From an uncultured Candidatus Saccharibacteria bacterium (lineage in GTDB: Bacteria > Patescibacteriota > Minisyncoccia > Phycocordibacterales > CAIJYI01): a DNA stretch of 59,162 nucleotides. The stretch covers positions 1 through 59,162 of the forward strand of contig CAYPFT010000003.1 in the NCBI GenBank assembly GCA_964410165.1. The letters are read 5' to 3'. Positions 37,093 through 45,412 of the stretch are shown here, piece by piece; the first letter of the stretch is position 1; each line of letters starts with the position of its first letter. A program made the position numbers and the translations under genes. Under the pieces are notes generated by a model. That model had not been told where the DNA came from. It worked only from the letters and a program-made list of their open reading frames with translations, and did no database searches.

Positions 37093-39576
37093 TTATTCGC
37101 CCCACACTTCGGCGATTTTGTTTTCTACTTTATCCTCGTAAAGCTGAATCATCCTTTGAGCTGATTCTATATGTCCCTGTTCGTCTCGAAGTTGTTGCAC
37201 AATCTGCTTCTGTGTATCTAAATCTGGTAACGGGATTTTGAACTTCTTTATTTGGTCAGTGGTAAGATTCTTAAAAACAGCGCCTATTGATTGTGAATTG
37301 TTTAGCTGCTTTTGATTCAAGAACACATAGTATAAGAACTCTGGCAGTATGTCTTTTGAAAGTTCCCTAAACCCAACAAAGCCGTCGTGTATGCACGCGT
37401 CAACATTGAGAATTGACGGCAAGCCAGGGTTGCCGCTAACCGCCATAACTACCTCTCCTTTTTTCATTGGTCGGCTCAATTTTGCTCCTTCTTCCGTTAA
37501 AAAATCAGTTTGCGGGGTAACATACATTCCATCTCTTGTTACATCAGAAATCATCAAGCGCGGCACGCTGCCCCCATAATAGCGTTTATCTCCTTGTGGT
37601 CGCGGCGAACTGCCACGAACCAATTTGCATATACCATCAATCGCAATTTCTTTCCATTCGGGACTAATCTTTATTGTTGGTTTGTGGTGCGTAATGATTT
37701 GCTTCGCACCATCAATGACTTTTTGATAGCTATCGAGTTCGTCAGCAATTTCTTTTTGAAGTTCGGGCGGAGGGAGAGGGATTTTGTATTTTGACAACCA
37801 AACGGTGCTTAAGTTCTTTTGAGCAACACCATTTGATGATGCAATACACTCATTCTCAAAGGCATCGGCGTTTAGGAGATGAAATAAAAATCGTGTGGTG
37901 ATTTTTTCGGGATTGACCCGCAGGCAAGCTACTCTTTGATTTAGTGCAGCGGGTAAAAGTTCCCTCGTCATTAGCCCAACCCTACCAACATTTCCCGTTA
38001 AAGAAATCAACAGGTCATTTTCAAACAATTCGTATTTTTCGATAGATTCTTTAGAAACAAGTGGATAAAACTTTGGGTTGTCATCAACTATTTCTCCTTT
38101 TTGAACGTTGGTTATTCGTATTACGCGGACACCTTTATTAGTATAGTTATCACTCTTAAACGCATATCCGTTTACTATGTCGCAAACATCGCCAAGTTTT
38201 ACCATTTCCCATTTGTGGTTAAAAACTTTGGCAATGTGATTATATCTATCGCCAGAAAGATTGTATTCTCCGTCTTCAGCGATTTGAGTTTTTGGAACAG
38301 CCCACGCAAACAAACTACCTTCTTTGAGCAAATGGTTCTTTTTACCTGTTCTTATTATCTCGTGCTGTGTTTTAAGGATTTCAACGGCGTGTGGTAAATC
38401 GTTGCGGTCAATTGGCTTCCGCTGTGCCCCCAAATCAAAGCCATCATTGAGAATCTTGATGAATAGAATATCTTTTGATTGTTTTGCCAGCTGGTTATCA
38501 AAAAAAAGAATACTCGTTCTCACGCCAGAGTAAGGATTGAAAACTCCAGCAGGCAAAGACACAATCGCATACAATCCATCTTCAACAAGAAGTTTTCGCA
38601 ATTGCTTGTAGGAAGTCGCGGCAGTAAAAACAATCCCTTCGGGCACAATGATACCCGCCCGTCCTTTATTGTTGAGATGCTCTAATATGTAATCAACAAA
38701 AAGCACTTCAGAGCGGTTGGCTTGCACCATAAAGCGCTTATGTGGACGGATACCGCCTCTTGGTGTCATAAATGGCGGATTTGCCATCATTACATCGAAG
38801 CGCTCATCCCACTTTTCTTCGCTTGTAAGCGTGTCGTATTCGTGGATTTTTGGACTTGGGAAGCCGTGGAGATACATATTCACCAGGGAGAGCTTCACCA
38901 TATCTGGTGATATGTCGTATCCCGCGAGATTTGCCATCAGACGCTTTTTTTCATCAGGAGTCAGGGGTTTGTTCTTGTTGGATTTCAGAATGTGCTTATA
39001 GGCGGAAATCAAAAATCCAGCCGTGCCACAAGCGGGGTCAAGGATGGTTTCGTCTTTCTTTGGGTCAACCACTTCAACAATAAAATCAATGATGTGGCGC
39101 GGCGTTCGGAACTGTCCCGCTTCACCCTGTGAGCCAAGCACAGACAGCAGATACTCAAAAGCGTCGCCAAGATTCTCGCTGTGGTCGTAAGAAAAAGTGT
39201 TTATGTCCTTTAGGAACAGGTTTAGTGTTTCTGGGTCGCGGTATGGCAAAAAGGCATCTTTGAAGACATCACGGAAGAGTTGTGGCAGGTGTGGATTCTT
39301 CGACATCTTCGTTATGGCTTCCACATAGAGATTCAGACGCTCCTGCCCGCCAAGTTTCGCATCCATCATTTTGCTCCAAGCGTATTTCTCAAATCCGTTC
39401 GTAAAAAACTGCGGCTTGCCTTTTGGCAATGATGCGGCTTGCTTATCCATATCGTCCATAAACTTATAGATAAGTGCCGTGGTGATTTGCTCTACCTGGG
39501 CTTTTGGGTCTGGGACTTTGCCAACCAATACATCCCGCGCCGAATCAATTTTCTTTTTTATTTCTTGGGTCAACAT
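37093..39576 (-). CDS. hsdM: Type I restriction-modification methyltransferase fused to a specificity subunit (HsdM-HsdS fusion)
   Basis: HsdM N-terminus (VGKVPDPKAQVEQITTALIYKFMDD), AdoMet motif DPACGTAGFL, catalytic MANPPF. Followed by two TRD-like halves (WEMVKLGDVCDIVNGYAF..., WKEIAIDGICKLVRGSSPRP...). Confidence 0.85.
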   Translation of the reverse strand: MLTQEIKKKIDSARDVLVGKVPDPKAQVEQITTALIYKFMDDMDKQAASLPKGKPQFFTNGFEKYAWSKMMDAKLGGQERLNLYVEAITKMSKNPHLPQLFRDVFKDAFLPYRDPETLNLFLKDINTFSYDHSENLGDAFEYLLSVLGSQGEAGQFRTPRHIIDFIVEVVDPKKDETILDPACGTAGFLISAYKHILKSNKNKPLTPDEKKRLMANLAGYDISPDMVKLSLVNMYLHGFPSPKIHEYDTLTSEEKWDERFDVMMANPPFMTPRGGIRPHKRFMVQANRSEVLFVDYILEHLNNKGRAGIIVPEGIVFTAATSYKQLRKLLVEDGLYAIVSLPAGVFNPYSGVRTSILFFDNQLAKQSKDILFIKILNDGFDLGAQRKPIDRNDLPHAVEILKTQHEIIRTGKKNHLLKEGSLFAWAVPKTQIAEDGEYNLSGDRYNHIAKVFNHKWEMVKLGDVCDIVNGYAFKSDNYTNKGVRVIRITNVQKGEIVDDNPKFYPLVSKESIEKYELFENDLLISLTGNVGRVGLMTRELLPAALNQRVACLRVNPEKITTRFLFHLLNADAFENECIASSNGVAQKNLSTVWLSKYKIPLPPPELQKEIADELDSYQKVIDGAKQIITHHKPTIKISPEWKEIAIDGICKLVRGSSPRPQGDKRYYGGSVPRLMISDVTRDGMYVTPQTDFLTEEGAKLSRPMKKGEVVMAVSGNPGLPSILNVDACIHDGFVGFRELSKDILPEFLYYVFLNQKQLNNSQSIGAVFKNLTTDQIKKFKIPLPDLDTQKQIVQQLRDEQGHIESAQRMIQLYEDKVENKIAEVWGE

Positions 39577-39578
39577 AA

Positions 39579-42095
39579 TTACATATAGGCGTTAAGAGAC
39601 ACGTAATCCTTAACATATTCGGGCACACGCTCAATCCAGCCGTTGAGAGCATCAAGGTCAGAGAGGGTTAGTTTTGGATTTGTGGCAAGCCGTGTGTATT
39701 CTCCTTTTTCGATAACATCTCGAATCTCGTTATCGGTAATATACGCCTTGAGATAGTTTTTAATCGGCATTACGAATTGGCTTTCTGGTTTGTTGATTGC
39801 AATAAACTTCTCAAACTCGTCTTCAAGCAATTCGTCCTTCGACTTGAAATTAGTAATGCCACCGAATACTTTTTCGATAAACTCGCGTAAGCTGATTCTT
39901 CGGTCAGCTTTCACAGATTTGCGGAGTTTTTCCAGATTGAAAAAATCTTCGGGTTTATCGAAAATCTTATCCTTCACATAACCCTCGATAGTGTCCAGGT
40001 CTCCTTCTTCGTATTTTTGTTTGATAAACGAGTCATCCTTTACTGCCGCCTCAAACTTCTCGAAAAGTTTTCGGTCAATCTTCATCCCTTCAACCCCAAC
40101 CGCTTTTTCCGCAAATGTCTTTAATGGGTCTGGTTGAGTGATGCTAATTTCGTCAATGTTGATTCCTGGCTCGCCGCCTTCTCCGCCCATCCCCGTTTTA
40201 GCAGGTAGATGCAAAACTTCGTCATAATCGTATTTTTCCTCGAAATACTCACAGTTAGCAAAGTAATCAAATAATTTGAACTTATCCTTTGCCACTTGAG
40301 CTTGTTGAACATCTCCAGCTTCTTTTATCTGATGAGAAAACTTGTATTTGCGTGTGCCACGACCCTTGATTTGGATAAAGTCGGTTGGAGAAAAAATCGG
40401 GCGCATCAAAACAACATTAAGAATATCCTCACAGTCATACCCAGTCGTCATCATTCCAACTGTTACACATATGCGCGTCTTACTTGAGCGGTAGCCATCC
40501 AAAAACTTGGTATGACCATTGAGATTGTTGTTGGCAAAACTCACTGTAAAACTCTGGGCATCGGTGATATTAGAGGTAACTTGCACTGCAAAATCAGAAT
40601 TGTATTTACCAGGGTAGAGTTGGTCGGCAAACTGGTTGAGGATTTGTGTTACTTTCGAGGCGTGTTTTTGGCTTACGCAAAAAACAATACTCTTACCCAT
40701 TTCGTCCGTTATAGGGTCTTTCAGGGCGTTTTCAAAAAATGTTTTGCAAAAAATCTGATTGGTTTTGTCGGAGAAAAACTTGCGCTCGAAGTCAGTATGG
40801 AAAAAAGTTTGTTCCTCCTCTTTGCCGTTTTCATCTTCAACCATCATTGCGTAGCCCTTTTCTGAAAGTAATTCGGTTGTAATTTCCGTGCGGGCATCTG
40901 CAACAATGGGATTCACCAAGTAGCCATCTTTAACGCCATCGAGTAGGGAGTAGCGGAATGTCGGCTCGCCAGTTTCGCAACCGAAAGTTTTATACGTATC
41001 CAAAAGTTGACGGCGTTCCCACGCTCGCGGGTCTCGTGAATTGAGTTTGGCTGGGTCAATACCCTTGAGATAATTTTTGGGAGTTGCGGTAAGCCCCAAC
41101 TTATAACCAACAAAGTATTCAAAGACGGCGCGGCTGTTACCACCTATTGAACGATGAGCTTCATCTGAAATAAGCAGGTCAAAATCAGTTGGAGAAAAAA
41201 GTTTCTGGTATTTGTTATTGAAAGACAAACTTTGCACCGTTGAGACAACAATTTCTGCCTTTCTCCAATCATCCTTATTCTCTTTATAGATAACCGCGGT
41301 GTAATCTTTTGAAAGCCATTTTTTGAAGTTTTTGTGTGCTTGGTCTTCCAATTCCAAACGGTCAACTAAAAATAAGATTCGTTTAGCATTACCGCTTTTC
41401 AAAAAAAGTTTAATGACGGCTGCTGAAACAAGTGTTTTGCCCGTGCCAGTAGCCATTTCGAAAAGATAGCGGTCATTTCCAGTTGCGGCGGATTCTTGTA
41501 GCGCCTTTATAGCACGTAACTGGTAAGGGCGTAGGAACTTTAGTGCCTCTGCATCAATAAGGTCTTGGCGCTGTGCCTCATCTGCCCAACGCGGGTCGCT
41601 TTTATAATCTGATTTTTGTGTAAGGACGATGTAATCTTCATCAACTTTTTCATCAGCTATGCGCTTTGAGTTTGGTTTGAATTGTTCAAAATGTTCAAGA
41701 GAATCTGGCGTTGGAAACTGGATTATTACTGTCGGGTTGCCGCGTTCCAAATCCCAAAAATAATGTAGGTTTCCGTTCGACAGAATGATAAAACGAACAT
41801 TGAGTGATTGAGCATACTTTCGCGCTTGTTCCTTGCCGTCGAGTGGGTCTTTATCTTCGGATTTTGCCTCAAGAACTACATACGGAAATCCCTTTCCATC
41901 GAGTAGTAAAAAATCTATGAATCCATTTTTTGTTTTTTCAAAGTCAGCTCCAAACTCATCAACTTCTTTTTTAGTAAGTTTAGTGTTCAGTTCCAGAACA
42001 ATGTTTGCTTTGCCTTTTTCATTATCAAAAAATCTCCAACCAGATTTCTGGAGTAAGTCGTTTATCTTGATTCTGGCTTTTGCTTCCTTTTGCAT
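39579..42095 (-). CDS. hsdR: Type I restriction enzyme R subunit-like endonuclease/helicase
   Basis: N-terminal restriction-endonuclease-like region (ARIKINDLLQKSGW). SF2 helicase motifs MATGTGKT and SDEAHRS, then QIKGRGTR. Confidence 0.85.
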   Translation of the reverse strand: MQKEAKARIKINDLLQKSGWRFFDNEKGKANIVLELNTKLTKKEVDEFGADFEKTKNGFIDFLLLDGKGFPYVVLEAKSEDKDPLDGKEQARKYAQSLNVRFIILSNGNLHYFWDLERGNPTVIIQFPTPDSLEHFEQFKPNSKRIADEKVDEDYIVLTQKSDYKSDPRWADEAQRQDLIDAEALKFLRPYQLRAIKALQESAATGNDRYLFEMATGTGKTLVSAAVIKLFLKSGNAKRILFLVDRLELEDQAHKNFKKWLSKDYTAVIYKENKDDWRKAEIVVSTVQSLSFNNKYQKLFSPTDFDLLISDEAHRSIGGNSRAVFEYFVGYKLGLTATPKNYLKGIDPAKLNSRDPRAWERRQLLDTYKTFGCETGEPTFRYSLLDGVKDGYLVNPIVADARTEITTELLSEKGYAMMVEDENGKEEEQTFFHTDFERKFFSDKTNQIFCKTFFENALKDPITDEMGKSIVFCVSQKHASKVTQILNQFADQLYPGKYNSDFAVQVTSNITDAQSFTVSFANNNLNGHTKFLDGYRSSKTRICVTVGMMTTGYDCEDILNVVLMRPIFSPTDFIQIKGRGTRKYKFSHQIKEAGDVQQAQVAKDKFKLFDYFANCEYFEEKYDYDEVLHLPAKTGMGGEGGEPGINIDEISITQPDPLKTFAEKAVGVEGMKIDRKLFEKFEAAVKDDSFIKQKYEEGDLDTIEGYVKDKIFDKPEDFFNLEKLRKSVKADRRISLREFIEKVFGGITNFKSKDELLEDEFEKFIAINKPESQFVMPIKNYLKAYITDNEIRDVIEKGEYTRLATNPKLTLSDLDALNGWIERVPEYVKDYVSLNAYM

Positions 42096-42098
42096 AAT

Positions 42099-42278
42099 TT
42101 ACTTGTGTATGTTGGAGCTACGTCGAATAAAATCTTGCAGGTCTTCCTCGTATATGCGCCATCTGCCGATTTTTGTCGCTTTCAGCTTCTTCGCCTCGAT
42201 ATAGCGATAGACAGTGCGCTCTCCAACCTGGAGTCGCTTTGCTACTTTTTCTATTGTTAGAAACTTCTTTTTTGGCAT
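42099..42278 (-). CDS. Small HTH (excisionase/MerR-like, HTH_17-type) protein heading the R-M operon
   Basis: 59-aa ORF not in the track: MPKKKFLTIEKVAKRLQVGERTVYRYIEAKKLKATKIGRWRIYEEDLQDFIRRSSNIHK. Its stop lies 4 nt before the hsdR ATG. Confidence 0.6.
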   Translation of the reverse strand: MPKKKFLTIEKVAKRLQVGERTVYRYIEAKKLKATKIGRWRIYEEDLQDFIRRSSNIHK

Positions 42279-42511
42279 AGCTACCAGTTATGATTTGTTA
42301 TGACTTGATATAACGAATCATAACGCTTCATAACTCTTATGTCAAAAATGTTCAAAACTGACAACTGGTTTTTTCTGCACAATTTTATTTTTTTCAGAGC
42401 TGTGGATAAGTATTCTATAACTTTCTTATACTCTTATGCACTTTGGATAACGCGCTTATACATCAAAAAACTTGTTGCAATTTTATGAACTGGTAAAATT
42501 AAATTGACAGT

Positions 42512-42724
42512 TACGTAGTTGCCGAGAGAAAACGGCAACTATCGAGCAGCAGAAGTAACGTCGCCAATACAATCGTATCCAGCTGCGATTGTCTACGTGA
42601 AAACGTAGCGCGACTCTTTCGATTCGCTGGTGGCGATAAACTTCTGCTGATGCACAAAGCCCGTTAGCGGCTTTGCGGGTCGCCTCAAAGCAGAAGCCCC
42701 GCCAAGCCATTAGCGGGTTTTTTC
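42512..42724 (+). ncRNA. Candidate structured RNA (cloverleaf-like four-way junction plus terminator); family unknown
   Basis: Nested helices. Outer pair: cagcagaagt (42547-56) with acttctgctg (42640-49). Next pair: cgtcgcca (42559-66) with tggtggcg (42628-35), enclosing three hairpins, including ctacgt-GAAA-acgtag. Then caaagccg-ttag-cggctttg and cccgc..gcggg + T7. A TGgTAAAAT -10-like box lies upstream. Confidence 0.35.
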
Positions 42725-42725
42725 T

Positions 42726-42980
42726 ATGCTCACTGTCGAACAATGTAAAAAAATCCTTGGCGAAAAAACCAAGAATTATACAGACGAACAAATCGAAGCA
42801 ATACGAGATGAGCTTTATATAGCTGCGAACCTTTCTTTTGAACATTGGAGAAAAAGCCATTGTCTGACTTCGGGAGATTCCAACACGTCTCCCGAAGTGA
42901 GCCAACGGCTCGCGCCTAACCCACTCCCTGTCGGAGACCCTGTGGGCGTAAAAAAACAGGGGGAAGATAAGCCAAGATAA
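42726..42980 (+). CDS. Hypothetical small protein (uncertain)
   Basis: 84-aa ORF. The first ~40 aa look protein-like (LTVEQCKKILGEKTKNYTDEQIEAIRDELYIAANLSFEHW). The 3' half overlaps hairpin-rich DNA. No SD. Confidence 0.3.
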   Translation: MLTVEQCKKILGEKTKNYTDEQIEAIRDELYIAANLSFEHWRKSHCLTSGDSNTSPEVSQRLAPNPLPVGDPVGVKKQGEDKPR

Positions 42981-43273
42981 CGGATTCCTTAGTTGCACTG
43001 GTAATTGTGAGGTCTCCAGCTGGAGACGCAGCCGAGCGAGGCGGTAATCCTCGCCGATGGGAAAGAATAAAAAAAATCGCCGTCCGATTTTTCTCAACCC
43101 TTTCCCTGCTCCTTGAGAGACACCACCGCGCGTGGGACATAGACCAAGACAGATACAGGTATAGACATACAACAGATACCAGGTATCAAGGACAACGGCT
43201 CGTGGGCGGTGGGGGTATGTAATGGCAATAGCAATTAAAGGTCGAGATTATTTAATAATCCAAAAATAACTTT

Positions 43274-43444
43274 ATGAGAGACCAGCATTACTCAAATAAA
43301 ACAATTAGGATGGCTGATAAAACCTGGGAGACATTGAAACATAAGCGGAAAAAATCTGGCAAAACCTGGAACTTATATCTGCTGGATTTGCTCAAGAAAA
43401 AAAGTCAGTCAAAAAGTTTTGAACCAGAAAAATCCGAGTTGTAG
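43274..43444 (+). CDS. Hypothetical small basic protein (56 aa)
   Basis: MRDQHYSNKTIRMADKTWETLKHKRKKSGKTWNLYLLDLLKKK... Possibly a ribbon-helix-helix-like DNA binder. Not in the ORF track (under 60 aa). Confidence 0.3.
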   Translation: MRDQHYSNKTIRMADKTWETLKHKRKKSGKTWNLYLLDLLKKKSQSKSFEPEKSEL

Positions 43445-43831
43445 AGGGCATCCCCGCCGCCTTCAGAAGGGTTAAAAGGAGAACTACGACCACCCAAATG
43501 TGGTTTTACGCAAAAATAGTAAGGGATTAGAAGGGTCTATACCTCTACAAGCCATCACGGTATAACGCGGAATAACCCTTGTAATACGTGTCTGTGTAGG
43601 CAAGAGGAGAATTACTACCCCAGACGTGGAAAGCCCAGAAATAAAAACAGCCCTCGTGGGGCAATGGCATTAAATAGACATTTTATTTCGTTCACTCGAA
43701 TCAAATACAAACTTTCACTTACAAACTAATCATAGCAAAGCTACCCACTGCGTCAAGTGGATAACTTATACAAACTTTCAGCTCATCCTACCGCATTAAA
43801 TGTCTATTAAGAGAAACGCCAACAAAAAATT

Positions 43832-44050
43832 ATGAACAAGCCATTAGAACAATCCAGTCCACTAAACGCTACGAGCGAAGTCGAAACCATCGGGGTGAGT
43901 GCTGTATCAAAATCCCTTGGTGTATCACGCGCTACTGTTTTGCGTTGGATTCAGGCGAAAAAAATTGATGGTTTCTTTCGCATCGGCAGCAAGTGGCTTA
44001 TTCGCAAGATTGATTTTGATACTTTCATCAATAAAAAAATTAGCAGCTAA
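43832..44050 (+). CDS. Excisionase-family HTH (HTH_17) DNA-binding protein
   Basis: 72 aa. VSAVSKSLGVSRATVLRWIQAKKIDGFFRIGSKWLIRKIDFDTFI. Confidence 0.65.
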   Translation: MNKPLEQSSPLNATSEVETIGVSAVSKSLGVSRATVLRWIQAKKIDGFFRIGSKWLIRKIDFDTFINKKISS

Positions 44051-44060
44051 TAATAAAGTT

Positions 44061-44525
44061 ATGAACGAGCACAACAAAGAGTCAGCTGAAAAAGGAGGTC
44101 ATTATTTCAAATACGTTATAGGCATTCTGTTTTTAGCTTTTGTAAGTAGTTTAATATCGCTTGCCTTACTGGATACTTTGGGATATGAGGACATCTCTAT
44201 TTACGTCCTCTGGGGAATCTGGGTAGTGATTTTATCTCTTTATTGCTGGAATGCAGAGCCAGAAAAATACCCGCAATATACGGAGACCCCGTGGGAAGCA
44301 AGGGCAAGGTATGTTGGAGAACTTTGTATCTATACTTTTTTTGGATTCTTGGGCACTATCGGGTCGCTGGCTGTATTGGGAATGTTGCTGCAATGGATTT
44401 TAGAAATAGACATCAGTGAAATGGGAAATACTTATCGTCTTATTTTCCTTGCTTGGGGCGGGTGGATAATAGGGTTGCACATATGGTTTAAGGAGCAGGA
44501 AAAAAGGAAATCTCAAAAACAATGA
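44061..44525 (+). CDS. Membrane protein (hypothetical)
   Basis: 154 aa starting at MNEHNKESAEKGGHYF, with 4 hydrophobic helices. Its stop overlaps the recombinase start (ATGA). Confidence 0.5.
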   Translation: MNEHNKESAEKGGHYFKYVIGILFLAFVSSLISLALLDTLGYEDISIYVLWGIWVVILSLYCWNAEPEKYPQYTETPWEARARYVGELCIYTFFGFLGTIGSLAVLGMLLQWILEIDISEMGNTYRLIFLAWGGWIIGLHIWFKEQEKRKSQKQ

Positions 44526-45412
44526 GTAACTACATCACACAATTTTTACATTACCTTGCCGTTGAACGCGCCTTCTCGCCGCGAACTATTGCCGCATACC
44601 AACACGACTTGGATAAGTTCGAGGAGTTTTTAATGACTGAAAACAAAACGGACATTATCCATATTACAAAGGAAGATGTGCGCCACTTTTTATCGCAACA
44701 AGCCAAAACAAACGGAGCTGTTACGCGTGCCCGCAAACTTTCTTCAATAAAATCTTTTTTCAAATACCTTGGACACGAGGGAGTTATTGCTGCAAACCCT
44801 GTAAGCGACATAGAAGCTCCGAAGTTACCAGAAAAAGAACCCTCTTATCTTACAGAGATTGAATACCGAGACCTTATATCAGCAGTCAGATTCAAAGCAA
44901 CGCCATACTACCTTCCGCGTGATATGGCTATCGTTATCTTGTTCTTGGGCACTGGTATTCGTTTGTCAGAACTTGTTGGATTGACACTGGATAGAGTAAA
45001 TCTTGAGGGCAACGACAGAAACATCATAGTGAAAGGCAAGGGCAACAAAGAGCGAACTATTCCTCTAACAAATGAGGTTGTAAATGTTCTTCGGCAGTAT
45101 TTGAAGGAACGTCGAGATGTAGCAAGTAACCATCTCTTCATAAGTCGGTTCGATGATGAGCTTCACGCCCGTAGCGTATACGGTCTCGTAAAGAAATACC
45201 TAAAAGTCGCTGACATCAAAAAGAACAAAGCGGCAGTTCATACACTACGCCACACATTCGGCGCATCTCTTTTGAACAGTGGAGCTAACCTTGTAGTTAT
45301 TCAAGAGCTTTTAGGGCATAAAAAGCTGGAAACCACCAGACGTTATTTGCATATCAATAACGTTGACCTACGTAACGCGGTAGATAAATTAGTTTTGAAC
45401 AAACCACAATGA
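44522..45412 (+). CDS. Tyrosine recombinase/integrase (XerC/XerD-like)
   Basis: 296 aa with an N-terminal SAM-like core-binding domain. Catalytic-domain motifs GTGIRLSEL, HTLRHTFG, LLGHKKLETTRRYLH. Confidence 0.85.
   Translation: MSNYITQFLHYLAVERAFSPRTIAAYQHDLDKFEEFLMTENKTDIIHITKEDVRHFLSQQAKTNGAVTRARKLSSIKSFFKYLGHEGVIAANPVSDIEAPKLPEKEPSYLTEIEYRDLISAVRFKATPYYLPRDMAIVILFLGTGIRLSELVGLTLDRVNLEGNDRNIIVKGKGNKERTIPLTNEVVNVLRQYLKERRDVASNHLFISRFDDELHARSVYGLVKKYLKVADIKKNKAAVHTLRHTFGASLLNSGANLVVIQELLGHKKLETTRRYLHINNVDLRNAVDKLVLNKPQ

Noticed and set aside
42483-43172. 229-aa minus-strand ORF in the island's non-coding core.
   Set aside because: The translation is Arg/Cys/Phe-rich and unprotein-like. 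There is no SD or operon context, and it spans the hairpin-dense region better explained as structured RNA/DNA. A database search could overturn this.
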